A stretch of 64,000 nt of DNA from an uncultured Candidatus Micrarchaeota archaeon (GCA_963723105.1 CAVRPK010000004.1:4765-68764); one strand, 5' to 3'. Positions 1 to 10,402 are shown, counted from the first letter of the stretch. A program made the numbers and translations. Notes: generated by a model from the sequence alone, not told the origin.

Positions 1-344
1 ATCACATTTTCGATGTACTGATAATATTCTTCTTTAGTCTCGCCTTTTTTTGCATAAACCTGGATACCTTCTTCTGCCAGAGCAGCTGCAACATCATCTT
101 GCGTTGATAGTGGGTTGCAACTTGCAATTGCAACTTTTGCCCCTCCTGCAACAAGTGTTCGAACAAGCACTGCTGTTTCTTTTGTCACATGCAAAGCAAG
201 TCCAATTACCATTCCATCAAAAGGCTGCTCAGCTTTGAATCTATCTCGAATTTTTAACAGTATTGGCATGTTGCGCTCTGCATATTCTATATTTAGCGCT
301 CCTTGTTTTGCCAGTCCCATATCTTTTACTTCATAATCAGTCAT
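1..344 (-). CDS. ahcY: S-adenosyl-L-homocysteine hydrolase, N-terminal 114 codons (gene continues beyond window edge)
   Basis: Not in the ORF track because it runs off the edge. My translation of the minus strand from ATG 344-342 gives MTDYEVKDMGLAKQGALNIEYAERNMPILLKIRDRFKAEQPFDGMVIGLALHVTKETAVLVRTLVAGGAKVAIASCNPLSTQDDVAAALAEEGIQVYAKKGET. This matches the conserved SAHH N-terminal region (HxTxxTAVLxxTL, SCNxxSTQD). Confidence 0.85.
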   Translation of the reverse strand, partial: MTDYEVKDMGLAKQGALNIEYAERNMPILLKIRDRFKAEQPFDGMVIGLALHVTKETAVLVRTLVAGGAKVAIASCNPLSTQDDVAAALAEEGIQVYAKKGETKEEYYQYIENV

Positions 345-438
345 GGAAATTAGTTGCTCCTATGCTATTAAATTCATTTCTAGTTTCCAAAATAGATATC
401 AGATTTATATATGTACGTTTTCATATATATTCGATTTA

Positions 439-795
439 ATGGATATGATTCACAAACCCAAATCTCCAAAGGACACAGAAAAAGTCCTTCTTCGAGAGAT
501 GTTTTCAGTATTGCTACTTTGGCTGATTTCAAAAAAAGAAGTCCATGGCTATGAACTAATGAAAATACTGGATGAGGATGGGGGGTTTGCTATGGTTGCT
601 TCAAGTAAAATATATCCTCTACTAGCACAGCTAACCAAGAAGGGTCTGATTTCGAGCAAGAAGAAAATGCAGGGAAAAAGAGCAAGAAAAAGCTATAGTA
701 TAACTTCAAAAGGTTTGGTGCATATCAAAAAATCGAAAAAATGTCTACATGAAAGCAAATTAAAATCACAATTTCTAAAGGAGATGTTAAGATGA
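439..795 (+). CDS. PadR-family winged-helix transcriptional regulator
   Basis: Same frame as track ORF 343..795. I moved the start to ATG 439 (MDMIHKPK) because 343-438 overlaps the divergent ahcY start. HGYELMKIL, SKIYPLLAQLTKKGLI and GKRARKSYSITSKG form the PadR signature. The stop overlaps the next start (ATGA at 792-795). Confidence 0.8.
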   Translation: MDMIHKPKSPKDTEKVLLREMFSVLLLWLISKKEVHGYELMKILDEDGGFAMVASSKIYPLLAQLTKKGLISSKKKMQGKRARKSYSITSKGLVHIKKSKKCLHESKLKSQFLKEMLR

Positions 796-1493
796 ACGAA
801 GAAGCAATGAACCTGCAAAGTGTTACCAAGACCTACGAAATGGGTGAGGGCATCAAAGTCCATGCACTTCGGGATATAACTCTTAAAATTTTCAAAAACG
901 ACTTTGTTTCCATCCTTGGTCCAAGCGGATCTGGAAAATCGACACTTCTCCACGTAATGGGACTTTTGGATACTCCGACTTCTGGAAAAAGATACATTGA
1001 TGGAGTTGAAACAAGTACTATGGATGATGATGCGCAGGCAAAAATCCGAGGAGAAAAAATTGGATTTGTTTTTCAGACATTCAATTTAATTTCTTCTCTT
1101 ACTGCTCTTGAAAATGTGGAGCTTCCATTAATTCTGAGAACTGGTGATGGCCAAAAACGAAGAGACAAGGCTGCAAAATTACTTGAAGATGTTGGGCTTG
1201 GAGATCGTCTTGATCATCTTCCAGGTCAACTGTCTGGTGGCCAGAGACAAAGAGTTGCAATTGCAAGAGCTCTTGTCAATGATCCTGAAATAGTGCTTGC
1301 TGATGAGCCTACTGGAAACCTTGATTCCAAAACCGGACACGAGGTCCTTGCAATCTTTAGTGATCTTCACAAGCAAGGCAGAACAATAATCATAATTACA
1401 CATGATGAGTATATTGCAAAACAGACGAAGAGAATGTTGAAATTAAAAGACGGCCGGATTAATGACGGCCAAAGTAAAGGTGCACGAAAATGA
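792..1493 (+). CDS. ABC transporter ATP-binding protein (MacB/LolD-type)
   Basis: Walker A GPSGSGKST, signature LSGGQRQR, Walker B IVLADEPTGNLD, H-loop ITHD. ATGA overlaps with both neighbouring genes. Confidence 0.9.
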   Translation: MNEEAMNLQSVTKTYEMGEGIKVHALRDITLKIFKNDFVSILGPSGSGKSTLLHVMGLLDTPTSGKRYIDGVETSTMDDDAQAKIRGEKIGFVFQTFNLISSLTALENVELPLILRTGDGQKRRDKAAKLLEDVGLGDRLDHLPGQLSGGQRQRVAIARALVNDPEIVLADEPTGNLDSKTGHEVLAIFSDLHKQGRTIIIITHDEYIAKQTKRMLKLKDGRINDGQSKGARK

Positions 1494-2938
1494 CTATGAA
1501 AAATATATTATTGGTTTTATTATTGTTTGGAGCCTCTTTTGCAGGCTTATCCATTGAAGAGTATTCAGTTACTAAGGATGTTTTCAAGCCCGGAGAGCCT
1601 GGTGTTGCAACTGTAACTGTTAGCAATCCAACTGGAGCAGAGCGTATTACCTCAATTACTCTTTCGGTTCAAAGTCCCTCCGAACTTATTGTGACAAGCG
1701 CTCCAAAGCTTGCCGATATTGATGCTGGCGGAACTGCAATTATTTCCATTCCATTTAAGGTGGCAGCTAATGCCAAGCCTGGTATCTATACTATCCATGC
1801 CTTCTTTACAGGATACAAAAGTACTGGAGCTGTTGGGAATGCTCAAACTACAGTAAATGGTGTATCTATTCCAGTAACTGTTGTCAATGAGCCTGAGCTA
1901 TCATATTCAATGGGAACAACTCTCCTCACTGGATTTGACGATGTTGTTCTTACAATAACCAATAATGGAGGAACTGCCAAGAATGTAAAACTCAGCATGC
2001 CAGGAAATGTTTCCATTTATGGTGCTGATCAGGTTTATATCGGAGATATTAAGGACTCTGCAACTGTTGATCTTCTTCTTGATTCAAGGGATGTCCAAGA
2101 TGGCGCAACAAATGTTTTGGTATTTTTGACATATAATGATGAAATCGGAATTGCCCATACTGATGATGCATCTCTCAGGATGACAGTTAGAAATGAAAAA
2201 CTCGATGTTTCATTTACTCAGAAAACAGATCTCATGACAAGAAGTGAAAGCACACTTACTCTTGAAGTAAAAAACAATGGTGACGAAACCATCCAGGATG
2301 TTCGTCTGAATTTTGATGACGATTCACTTAGGTTAAAGGATGTTTCAGAATTCCAGTTTGGTGATCTTGAGCCTGGAGAAAGTGCAACTGCTTCTGCCCT
2401 GGTATATACTGAACTTGAGCCAGGACTTAATCTTGTTCCTTCAAATGTTGAATGGATCAAAAAAGATGTTCTAAATGAGGAATCAAGAAATATTGCCCTT
2501 AATGTAAATTCAGATGCAGAGGTTGCAGTATTCCTGGAAGCAAAACCAATCCCGCTAACAATTGGTCAGGAGCACACTATATCTGTTTTAGTATCAAACC
2601 TTGGTTCATTTCCAATTGAGAATGTCGATGTTTCACTTTCATCTCCGGCAATGCGCTCTCTTGATATTTCTGATGTACAGTATATCGGAGGTCTTCAGAG
2701 AGATGACTTCTCAACTGTTCAGTTTTTGATGGAAGCAGATGCAACTGAAACAGGCTCTTATCCAGTATACATAACTGTTAACTACAGAGATTCATCTGGG
2801 GAATGGAAATCAGAAGTAATCAAACAGAATATCACAATATATGGTGCTGTTCAAAGTGACGGAGATCCACTTCCATTGATTGGACTGATTGTCATTGTTG
2901 TTGTCGGAGTTTGGCACTTTAAGTTTCGAAAAAAGTAA
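1490..2938 (+). CDS. Surface-exposed repeat protein (CARDB/COG1361 S-layer-like domains) associated with the ABC transporter
   Basis: N-terminal signal/anchor (LLVLLLFGASFAG). Four beta-rich modules each carry an N-x-G motif (VSNPTGAERITSITL, ITNNGGTAKNVKL, VKNNGDETIQDVRL, VSNLGSFPIENVDV). C-terminal TM plus basic tail (LIGLIVIVVVGVWHFKFRKK). The family assignment is from memory of COG1361-ABC operons. Confidence 0.6.
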   Translation: MTMKNILLVLLLFGASFAGLSIEEYSVTKDVFKPGEPGVATVTVSNPTGAERITSITLSVQSPSELIVTSAPKLADIDAGGTAIISIPFKVAANAKPGIYTIHAFFTGYKSTGAVGNAQTTVNGVSIPVTVVNEPELSYSMGTTLLTGFDDVVLTITNNGGTAKNVKLSMPGNVSIYGADQVYIGDIKDSATVDLLLDSRDVQDGATNVLVFLTYNDEIGIAHTDDASLRMTVRNEKLDVSFTQKTDLMTRSESTLTLEVKNNGDETIQDVRLNFDDDSLRLKDVSEFQFGDLEPGESATASALVYTELEPGLNLVPSNVEWIKKDVLNEESRNIALNVNSDAEVAVFLEAKPIPLTIGQEHTISVLVSNLGSFPIENVDVSLSSPAMRSLDISDVQYIGGLQRDDFSTVQFLMEADATETGSYPVYITVNYRDSSGEWKSEVIKQNITIYGAVQSDGDPLPLIGLIVIVVVGVWHFKFRKK

Positions 2939-2950
2939 GGTGAAAAAACT

Positions 2951-4162
2951 TTGAATCTCTTGGACATGATAAAATTCAGTCTTACTTCCCTGACACACCA
3001 GAAACTCCGTTCATTTCTGACTGTGCTTGGGGTAATTGTAGGCATATCATCAGTGATCCTACTGGTAGGGCTTGTCCAGGGATTAAAGTTTGATATTTTA
3101 GAGCAGCTTGAAGACTTTGGTCCAAGGACATTACTCATCACCCCCAGATCAACTTCTGGCGGTGGAGGAATTGGCGCATCTTCCTCATTTCTGCCAAGTT
3201 CTGGAAAACTCTTTGAAAAGGATTATGAGCGGATAAAGCGAATGCCAGAAATTCAAAGCATTACGAAAGTCATATCCGGGCAAAAAACCATCAAATACAA
3301 GGACGAATCGATAAGCGCTTCAATCTTTGGTATCGAAGCAGGACTATTTGACGATACTGTTCCAGTTGAGATAGATTCAGGAAGATTCCTTGAAGATAGT
3401 GACCGGGGAGTTGCAGCTATTGGTGATGATATTGCTACTGGATTTGATGAAGATGTGAGGACCCAGTCAAACCTTTATCTTGGAGAGGAAAAATTCAAAG
3501 TTATAGGAGTACTAAAACCCACTGGAAATTCATTTGCACCTATTGATAATGTTATTTTTATTTCAATTGATGATGCTAAGGACTTATTCAACAGAACCCT
3601 TTTGGATGGCGAAATCTCTGCAATCCGGCTGACACTCAAAGAGGGAACTGATGTTGATGCTGCAACTGAAGAAGTTGAAAATATAATGATGGCATCTCAT
3701 CGTGTTACTGAAGATGAAAAAGATTTTGGAGTAATAAGTCCAAAATTCATAAATGAACGATTTACGGAAGTTTTGGATCTGATCACGCTATTTCTTGGTG
3801 CAATTGCATCTATTTCCCTTATTGTTGGCGGAATCGGAATTTCAAACACCATGTTCATGAGCGTCATGGAAAGGCGCAAGGAAATTGGAACTATGAAAGC
3901 AGTTGGAGCAACCACATCGCAAATCCGAAATATCTTTGTTGTTGAGGCCAGTATAATTGGACTTCTTGGCGGAATTCTTGGATTTATGCTTGCAATTGTT
4001 GTTGGATATATAATCACGCTATTTGAGGTAGCTTTCATTTTTGATCCTCTTGTTATTGCAGGATCAATAATATTCTCAATGGCAATTGGCCTGATCTCAG
4101 GAACATTTCCTGCGATTGAAGCAGCAAAAGTCGATCCAATGATCGCACTGAGGTATGAATAA
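2951..4162 (+). CDS. ABC transporter permease, MacB/FtsX-type
   Basis: N-terminal TM, large extracytoplasmic domain, and C-terminal FtsX module (GISNTMFMSVMERRKEIGTMKAVGAT). The TTG start gives MNLLDMIKFSL, which parallels the paralog start MNLIDVMIYGL. Confidence 0.85.
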   Translation: MNLLDMIKFSLTSLTHQKLRSFLTVLGVIVGISSVILLVGLVQGLKFDILEQLEDFGPRTLLITPRSTSGGGGIGASSSFLPSSGKLFEKDYERIKRMPEIQSITKVISGQKTIKYKDESISASIFGIEAGLFDDTVPVEIDSGRFLEDSDRGVAAIGDDIATGFDEDVRTQSNLYLGEEKFKVIGVLKPTGNSFAPIDNVIFISIDDAKDLFNRTLLDGEISAIRLTLKEGTDVDAATEEVENIMMASHRVTEDEKDFGVISPKFINERFTEVLDLITLFLGAIASISLIVGGIGISNTMFMSVMERRKEIGTMKAVGATTSQIRNIFVVEASIIGLLGGILGFMLAIVVGYIITLFEVAFIFDPLVIAGSIIFSMAIGLISGTFPAIEAAKVDPMIALRYE

Positions 4163-5388
4163 TGAATCTAATAGACGTAATGATCTACGGACTGAAAAAC
4201 CTCTCCAACCGCAGCATGCGCAGTTGGCTTACGATCATTGGTATGGTTATTGGAGTAATTGCTATTGTAGTTATTTTGTCTATTAGTGAAGGATTCAACA
4301 AAGATATTCTGGATCAGATGTCTGCATTTGGTGCAGATCAGATGATTATATTTCCAATATCTGATATAAGTCAGGCCTTTAGCGGAGGAGGATCTATTGC
4401 ATCGCCTCAGACAAGTGGAAAATTATTCCAGGAAGATGCTGATGATGTCGAGAATATCCCAGGGGTGAAAAATGTTGTCCGCTCTATTTTTGGCAGGGCC
4501 ACCCTTTCTTTCAAGGATAAAAATATCACGGCAACCATCATTGGTGTTGACCGGAACATGTTTGACATGTACGGCGATTATATCGAAGTTGAATCAGGTC
4601 GGATTTTCAAAGACGGAGAGAGAAATGTTGCGTTTTTTGCAGCTGATGCTGCAACTGAATATTTTGGAAACGACAAGATAGAATCCGGGAGTGTCATAAA
4701 GCTAAACGGCAAGAATTACCGTGTTGTTGGCATCCAGAAAAAAATAGGCACTTCACTTTCACAGGCAGATGATTCCTCAATATACATCCCATTTGATGAT
4801 GCAAGGGATCTATTCGAAGATCAGTTCCTTGATGATGAAGTTGGGTATATGATGGTTCAGATTGATGAAGGATTTGATGCCGATGAAATCAAGGAAAAAA
4901 TAGAGATAAAACTAGCAGACAATCATCATGTTCGTCTTGATGACAAGGACTTTTCAGTAATCACTTCAGAACAAATTTCTGAAATTGTAGGTACTGTCCT
5001 TCTTAGTGTACAATTAGTTTTGGCAGCAGTTACTCTCATTGCTTCAGTTGTTGGTGCAATTGGAATTGCAAATACAATGTTCATGAATGTTCTTGAGAGG
5101 ATAAAGGAAATCGGAATTCTCAAATCTGTCGGTGCTCGAAGAAACGATATTTTGAAGATCTTCCTAGTTGAAAGTGCAATGATAGGTCTTGCCGGCGGAA
5201 CAATAGGTTTGATTCTTGGTTATATCGCACTTGAGCTTTTGGTGGAATTCTTTGGCGTTCCAGCATTTCTTAGGTTGAGAATCGTTGCATTTGTGTTTCT
5301 CTTTTCAGTTGGAACCGGAGTTCTTGCAGGATTTATTCCTGCATGGCGCGCTGCAAAGCTGGATCCTGTAGATGCACTCAAATTCTGA
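4162..5388 (+). CDS. ABC transporter permease, MacB/FtsX-type (paralog)
   Basis: Same architecture as 2951..4162, with GIANTMFMNVLERIKEIGILKSVGAR. TAATG overlap with the upstream gene. Confidence 0.85.
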   Translation: MNLIDVMIYGLKNLSNRSMRSWLTIIGMVIGVIAIVVILSISEGFNKDILDQMSAFGADQMIIFPISDISQAFSGGGSIASPQTSGKLFQEDADDVENIPGVKNVVRSIFGRATLSFKDKNITATIIGVDRNMFDMYGDYIEVESGRIFKDGERNVAFFAADAATEYFGNDKIESGSVIKLNGKNYRVVGIQKKIGTSLSQADDSSIYIPFDDARDLFEDQFLDDEVGYMMVQIDEGFDADEIKEKIEIKLADNHHVRLDDKDFSVITSEQISEIVGTVLLSVQLVLAAVTLIASVVGAIGIANTMFMNVLERIKEIGILKSVGARRNDILKIFLVESAMIGLAGGTIGLILGYIALELLVEFFGVPAFLRLRIVAFVFLFSVGTGVLAGFIPAWRAAKLDPVDALKF

Positions 5389-5390
5389 AT

Positions 5391-6950
5391 TTATAATTTG
5401 CCAGCAGCAGCTGCTACTGTTTTGAGAAATGCTTCTGTATCCTTTTGATCTGTTAGTGCAGTTATTCTAATTAGTGCTGGATGTTCCGACCATCGCTCTT
5501 GCGGGAGGAAGGAAATTCCCGGAACGCAATTGATTACTGGAAGATCATGTTTTAGCGAAAACTCCGCGAGCCATTTTGCCTGATTAAATTTAGCTCCAAA
5601 CTTAGTTAGTCCATGAAATCCAAATCCAATGTAAAATGAAGCAAGTGTATTTGGATCAACATGGTCGATCTTTCCAGAATGATCATAATAGCGTGCCAGA
5701 TACACTCCATCTATTTTTCGAAGTGCTCTTGCAATCCCAAGTAGATTTGCATTTGCAGCTTTTCTTCTTTTATCCATATATCCAACATCTATACTAAGGG
5801 CAGAATCATCTGTTTCAATTTTCATTATGTAATCTAATAATCCTCTTTGAATTGGATTTGGAACAAGGCCAAGAGTTGGCTGAACAGAATTATCCAGGCA
5901 TGTAAAATAGTCCTCTCTATGTTCTGGGTAGAATGATTTTGGCCAAAGCATCCTAAGTGCTCCAAGTCTTAGTCCACATAACCCCTGTCCTTTTGATGCT
6001 GTTTCAAAAACGCCAACTGGAACTTCTATTTTCTCATCTATTGCAATTTCTATTGGGTCAAGTGGTTTGCCATCTGGTCTGAATGTTTCATATGCAGTAT
6101 CAAAGAATGCAATTATCGGTCTTCCTTCTTTTTCTGATTGCCGCCTAATAATTTCCATTGTCTCCACAATTACTTCTCTTGGGGTAGCAGATCCAATCGG
6201 GTTTCCAATGGTTGTTGTAACTACGCATTTGATCTCTGTTCCGTTTGAAGAGTTTTGCTCCAGCACTTTTTGAAGTGACTTCGGGTCTGGCACACCATCA
6301 TCTCTCAATTCGAAATTTCTAAGCGTTGCATTTCTGTAATATGCTGCGCCTAAATGTATTATGTATATCCAGTCATGAACAGCTACTGCATGTTCTGGCC
6401 GAAGAAGAGCTGGCGCAAGTCCATAGTGTGCTGCCTGGCTGCCTCCAGCTGTGATTAGTACTTTAACTTCAACAAATTTTCCCAAATCCTTTCTAACGCT
6501 TGCCGGATCTGAGAGGTTTACTCCTTTCAAATATTGTCTAAGTTGTGGAATCCCATATGAAGCCGTATAGCTGCAAGATGTCCTATCCTTTGCAGCGCTC
6601 ATACTTTCTCTCATACATTCCATAAGAGTAGGGTTTGGCGGAAATTCTGGGTATGTATTGGGGTTTCCAAGAGACATTCCAACCAGTCTAACTGCTTTTT
6701 CGTGATCTTTTCCACCAGCTGCTTTTACCTCATTCCATATCACTTGTGGGTTTTCTCCGGAGTTTCTAATTATTGTTTCCACGCGTGCCAGATCTCCAAG
6801 CACACTTCTCAGTGCAACTTTATTTTGTGCATTTACTTTCTCAAAAACAGGTTCAAGTCCAGTTACCCTCAATGTAGTTCTAGACATCCTTCCAAATGTT
6901 CTGCTGGCATCTCTTCTATATTCTGCAGTTCTAAACTGGCACTCTCCCAT
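5391..6950 (-). CDS. PLP-dependent aminotransferase, class I/II fold, unusually long (519 aa)
   Basis: SYGIPQLRQYL, ITAGGSQAAH, FFDTAYETF and the PLP-lysine motif ETASKGQGLCGLRLG (SxSKxxxxxGxRxG). The N-terminal ~100 aa are unassigned and the true start could be an internal Met. Confidence 0.7.
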   Translation of the reverse strand: MGECQFRTAEYRRDASRTFGRMSRTTLRVTGLEPVFEKVNAQNKVALRSVLGDLARVETIIRNSGENPQVIWNEVKAAGGKDHEKAVRLVGMSLGNPNTYPEFPPNPTLMECMRESMSAAKDRTSCSYTASYGIPQLRQYLKGVNLSDPASVRKDLGKFVEVKVLITAGGSQAAHYGLAPALLRPEHAVAVHDWIYIIHLGAAYYRNATLRNFELRDDGVPDPKSLQKVLEQNSSNGTEIKCVVTTTIGNPIGSATPREVIVETMEIIRRQSEKEGRPIIAFFDTAYETFRPDGKPLDPIEIAIDEKIEVPVGVFETASKGQGLCGLRLGALRMLWPKSFYPEHREDYFTCLDNSVQPTLGLVPNPIQRGLLDYIMKIETDDSALSIDVGYMDKRRKAANANLLGIARALRKIDGVYLARYYDHSGKIDHVDPNTLASFYIGFGFHGLTKFGAKFNQAKWLAEFSLKHDLPVINCVPGISFLPQERWSEHPALIRITALTDQKDTEAFLKTVAAAAGKL

Positions 6951-7107
6951 AATACAACCCCAAACAAGAATTAGAATAAGTAATATCTCGCGCCTTTTTT
7001 AACTCCACACCACACGAACTCAGAAATTCCGTCAATCGCCACTGTAAAAATGCATTGTTTTCCAGTTAGCTATTTATACTTTCCTAATTTAAGTCAGAAA
7101 TGATTCT

Positions 7108-9159
7108 ATGGATTTAATTGTTGCAGAAAAACCTAGGGTAGCGGAAAAGATTGCTAATGCTATAGGTGAATCGGTTAAGAAAAAGTCATACAAAGGAGTC
7201 TATTACTACGAGGCAAAAAGAAACGGGCAAGAGTTTATGGTTGCCCCAGCTGTTGGTCATGTTTATACTCTTGTTGAAAAAGAAAAAACCCGAGGTTACC
7301 CCATTTTTGATATAGAATGGGTGCCTGCTTATGAAGCATCAAAAGAAGCAGCATATACCAAAGGCTATGTAGAGCTTATTCAAAAACTTGGAAAAAGCGC
7401 AGACACTTTCGTCTCAGCTTGCGACTATGATATTGAAGGAAGTACAATTGCATACAATGTATTTCGTTTTGCAACAACTATCCGCGAAGGACAGAGAATG
7501 AAGTTCTCAGCGTTGACTCAGGGAGATCTTGAAGCTGCTTATGATGACCGCGCGGAGTTTGATTATTCTAATGCATATGCTGGTGAAGCAAGGCACATAA
7601 TTGACTGGTATTATGGTATCAATTTAAGCCGGGCTCTTATGGGAGCTCTTCGTGCTGCTCATAGATATAAAGTCATGTCAGTCGGACGTGTTCAGGGACC
7701 TGCACTTTCTCTTTTATCTAATTTAGAATCAAGCATTCGTGCTTTTGTTCCAACTCCTTATTGGGAATTAATTACTAAAATCAAAGATGTAGATTTCAAG
7801 CACAAAAAAGATCGTTTCCTTGATGATGAATCCGCATCAATATCAATGGATAATACCAAGTCTACTGGAAAAGTTTCTAAGGTTGATAAAAAAGAGCAAA
7901 AGATTGCGCCGAACCCTAATTTCGACTTAACTGCTTTGCAGGTTGAAGCATACAAGCTTTTCAAATTCTCTCCATCAAGGACATTGGAACTTTCCCAGCA
8001 TCTTTACGAAGCTTCTCTAATTACTTATCCAAGAACTTCTTCAAATCAAATCCCATCATCGATCAAACTTGGTCCGATTCTGACTGCACTTGAAAAGAAC
8101 AAGGACTATTCAGCATTAATCAAAAAGATCAAAGCAAACAAATGGACAAAACCAATTCAAGGAAAGAAAAAAGATCCAGCACATCCTGCAATTCATCCAA
8201 CTGGCCAAGCTCCCGGTTCCATTGATCCACACCAAAAGAATCTCTATGATCTTATTGTCAAAAGATTTTTGGCATCATTTGCTACTCCTGCAAAGAGAGC
8301 TCGAAACAGAGTTGAAGTTGAAAGCGGCGGCGAGGAATATGCTGCATCTGGAAGCAGAATTGTAGAGCCTGGCTGGACTGAATTTTATGGAAAGTACTAT
8401 ACAACTGAAGATGTTGAGCTTCCTGAATTCAAGGAAGGAGAATCAGTGAAACTTTCCAAAGTGGAAAAAACAAAGAAAGAAACAAAACCACCAAAACGAT
8501 TTACTCAAGCTTCAATCGTTTCCGAACTTGAAAAAAGGCATTTAGGGACCAAGGCAACTCGTTCTGTGGTTGTTGATACGCTTTTCAAAAGAGGATATGC
8601 AGAAGGCAAATCCATTGAAGTGAGTGACTTCGGGCTTAAAGTATCTGATGTTCTTCAGAAATATGCCCCAGAAATCCTTGATGAGAATTTGACAAGATCA
8701 CTTGAAGAAAAAATGGAACTTATTCAAGCCGGCAAACTTGATAAGGAAGAAGTCATTAGTGAGTCTCGGGAGCTTCTGACTGGAATTCTTAATAAGTGGA
8801 AGAAAAACGAAGCAGAAATTGGTGCCAGTCTTCTTGATGCTCTTCAAACTACCCTGGAGCAGGAAAGCTTGGTTGGTCCTTGTGATAAGTGCGATAAGAA
8901 GCTTCGTATAATCAGAATGAAATTCAAAAAACAATTCATTGGTTGCCATGGATATCCAAATTGCAGAAATACCTATCCTCTTCCAACTGGCGCATATGTT
9001 AAGCCAACTGGAAAAGAGTGTACTGCTTGCAGCAAGCCAACTATAAATGTTAAAAAGGGCCGGATTAGATATACTATGTGTATTGATCCGAATTGTCCGT
9101 CAAAAGCAGATTGGCGCAAGAAGAGTGGTAGTCGCAATGAGAAAGATAGCAAATCATGA
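7108..9159 (+). CDS. topA: DNA topoisomerase IA (archaeal TopA/Topo III-like)
   Basis: TOPRIM N-terminus MDLIVAEKPRVAEKIA, acidic cluster ACDYDIEGS, catalytic-Tyr region LITYPRTSS, and C-terminal Cys4 zinc ribbons (CDKCDKK..CHGYPNC and CTAC..CIDPNC). Confidence 0.9.
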   Translation: MDLIVAEKPRVAEKIANAIGESVKKKSYKGVYYYEAKRNGQEFMVAPAVGHVYTLVEKEKTRGYPIFDIEWVPAYEASKEAAYTKGYVELIQKLGKSADTFVSACDYDIEGSTIAYNVFRFATTIREGQRMKFSALTQGDLEAAYDDRAEFDYSNAYAGEARHIIDWYYGINLSRALMGALRAAHRYKVMSVGRVQGPALSLLSNLESSIRAFVPTPYWELITKIKDVDFKHKKDRFLDDESASISMDNTKSTGKVSKVDKKEQKIAPNPNFDLTALQVEAYKLFKFSPSRTLELSQHLYEASLITYPRTSSNQIPSSIKLGPILTALEKNKDYSALIKKIKANKWTKPIQGKKKDPAHPAIHPTGQAPGSIDPHQKNLYDLIVKRFLASFATPAKRARNRVEVESGGEEYAASGSRIVEPGWTEFYGKYYTTEDVELPEFKEGESVKLSKVEKTKKETKPPKRFTQASIVSELEKRHLGTKATRSVVVDTLFKRGYAEGKSIEVSDFGLKVSDVLQKYAPEILDENLTRSLEEKMELIQAGKLDKEEVISESRELLTGILNKWKKNEAEIGASLLDALQTTLEQESLVGPCDKCDKKLRIIRMKFKKQFIGCHGYPNCRNTYPLPTGAYVKPTGKECTACSKPTINVKKGRIRYTMCIDPNCPSKADWRKKSGSRNEKDSKS

Positions 9160-10358
9160 AGTTGAAGGAAAAACTGTCTTAGTACGTGTTGATCTCAATT
9201 GTCCTCTTGAAAATGGCAAAATCACTTCTCATATACGTATTGACGCACATGCAGTTACTCTAAAAAATCTCAGTGATCGTGGTGCGAAAGTAGTCGTTCT
9301 CTCCCACCAGGGTCGAAAAGGAGCTGATGATTTTGTTACTCTTGAGCAGCATTCAAAAATTCTTCAGGATATACTAGGGCGCGAGGTTCTATTTGTACCT
9401 GACATGATTGGTCCTGTTGCTATTGAAGCGATTTCAAAAACTAAAAAACGGCCAAATTCTTGTTCTTGATAATGTGCGTCATCTTCGCTGCGAAACTGCC
9501 CATCCACATGCAAAGGGTGAAATTGTTTATCATCTTTCTCCTCTTGCAGATTATTTTGTTTTGGATGCATTATCTGTTGCTCACAGAGCACACTCAAGCA
9601 TCATAGGTTTCAAGGATAAGATTCCTTGTTTTGCCGGAGATGTTCTTGCAGAAGAGCTTGATGCAGTCGACAAGATCCGCCAGAGCGACGACGTAACATT
9701 TATCTTTGGCGGCTCCAAGGTTAAAGATTCATTTAAAGTAATGGACAAATGGCTTACTGATGGCAGGGCAAAAAAAATTCTCGTTGGTGGGGCGCTTTCA
9801 GTTCTATTGCTTCGTGCAAATGGCAGCAATATAGGCGGCTCAAGTGAATATTTAAAAGAATCAGGACTTGACAAATACCTTCCAGCTGCAATTAAGATGA
9901 TTGAAAAATATGATGGAAAAATTCATCTTCCAACTGACGTTGGACTTTCATTTAAGAAAGAAGAGCATGGCCGTCAGGTTGTTTGGGAGCGGGTAGAATC
10001 AGACGTTTCAAAAATAGAAACCGGTCAAATCTGGGACATTGGTGAAAAGTCCACAAAAGAGTACTCAGATGCAATCTCTTCTTCCAAATGCATTGTGATG
10101 AATGGCCCTGTTGGAGTTTATGAAATTGATAAATTTTCAAAAGGAACAAAAACAATTCTTGATTCAATTGCAAAGACCAGTGTCTTTTCACTTCTTGGAG
10201 GCGGTCATACGCTTGCTGCTCTTGAAAAATTTAATATTGATAAAAACCAGTTTGGTTATGTGAGCTTATCCGGCAAAGCCCTTATTGCATATCTGTGCGG
10301 AGACAATCTTCCAGGCCTTGTTTCACTGGAAGAAAATGAGAAGCTCTTTGATATGTAA
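9137..10358 (+). pseudogene. pgk: Phosphoglycerate kinase interrupted by a +1 frameshift in an A5 run (9436-9440); a true pseudogene or an assembly error
   Basis: Track ORFs 9047..9469 and 9408..10358 together encode one PGK. Frame A reads MRKIANHEVEGKTVLVRVDLNCPL..HQGRKG..IGPVAIEAISK. Frame B continues LKNGQILVLDNVRH..FIFGGSKVKD..GGGHT. Removing one A restores AIEAISKLKNGQILVLDNVR. ATG 9137 overlaps the topA end by 23 nt. Confidence 0.85.
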
Positions 10359-10402
10359 AGTTTTATATATAATCGTGCAACTAACTAGGCAGGGGTGACT
10401 CT

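Noticed and set aside
343-438. N-terminal 32 codons of track ORF 343..795 (PadR)
   Set aside because: This stretch overlaps the ahcY start codon and the divergent promoter, is very AT-rich, and has a non-protein-like sequence (MEISCSYAIKFISSFQNRYQIYICTF). The internal ATG at 439 gives a normal-length PadR.
9047-9136. Upstream extension of the first pgk ORF into topA
   Set aside because: This is an alternative-frame read-through inside the topA zinc-ribbon region. The PGK homology begins at MRKIANHEVEGK (ATG 9137).
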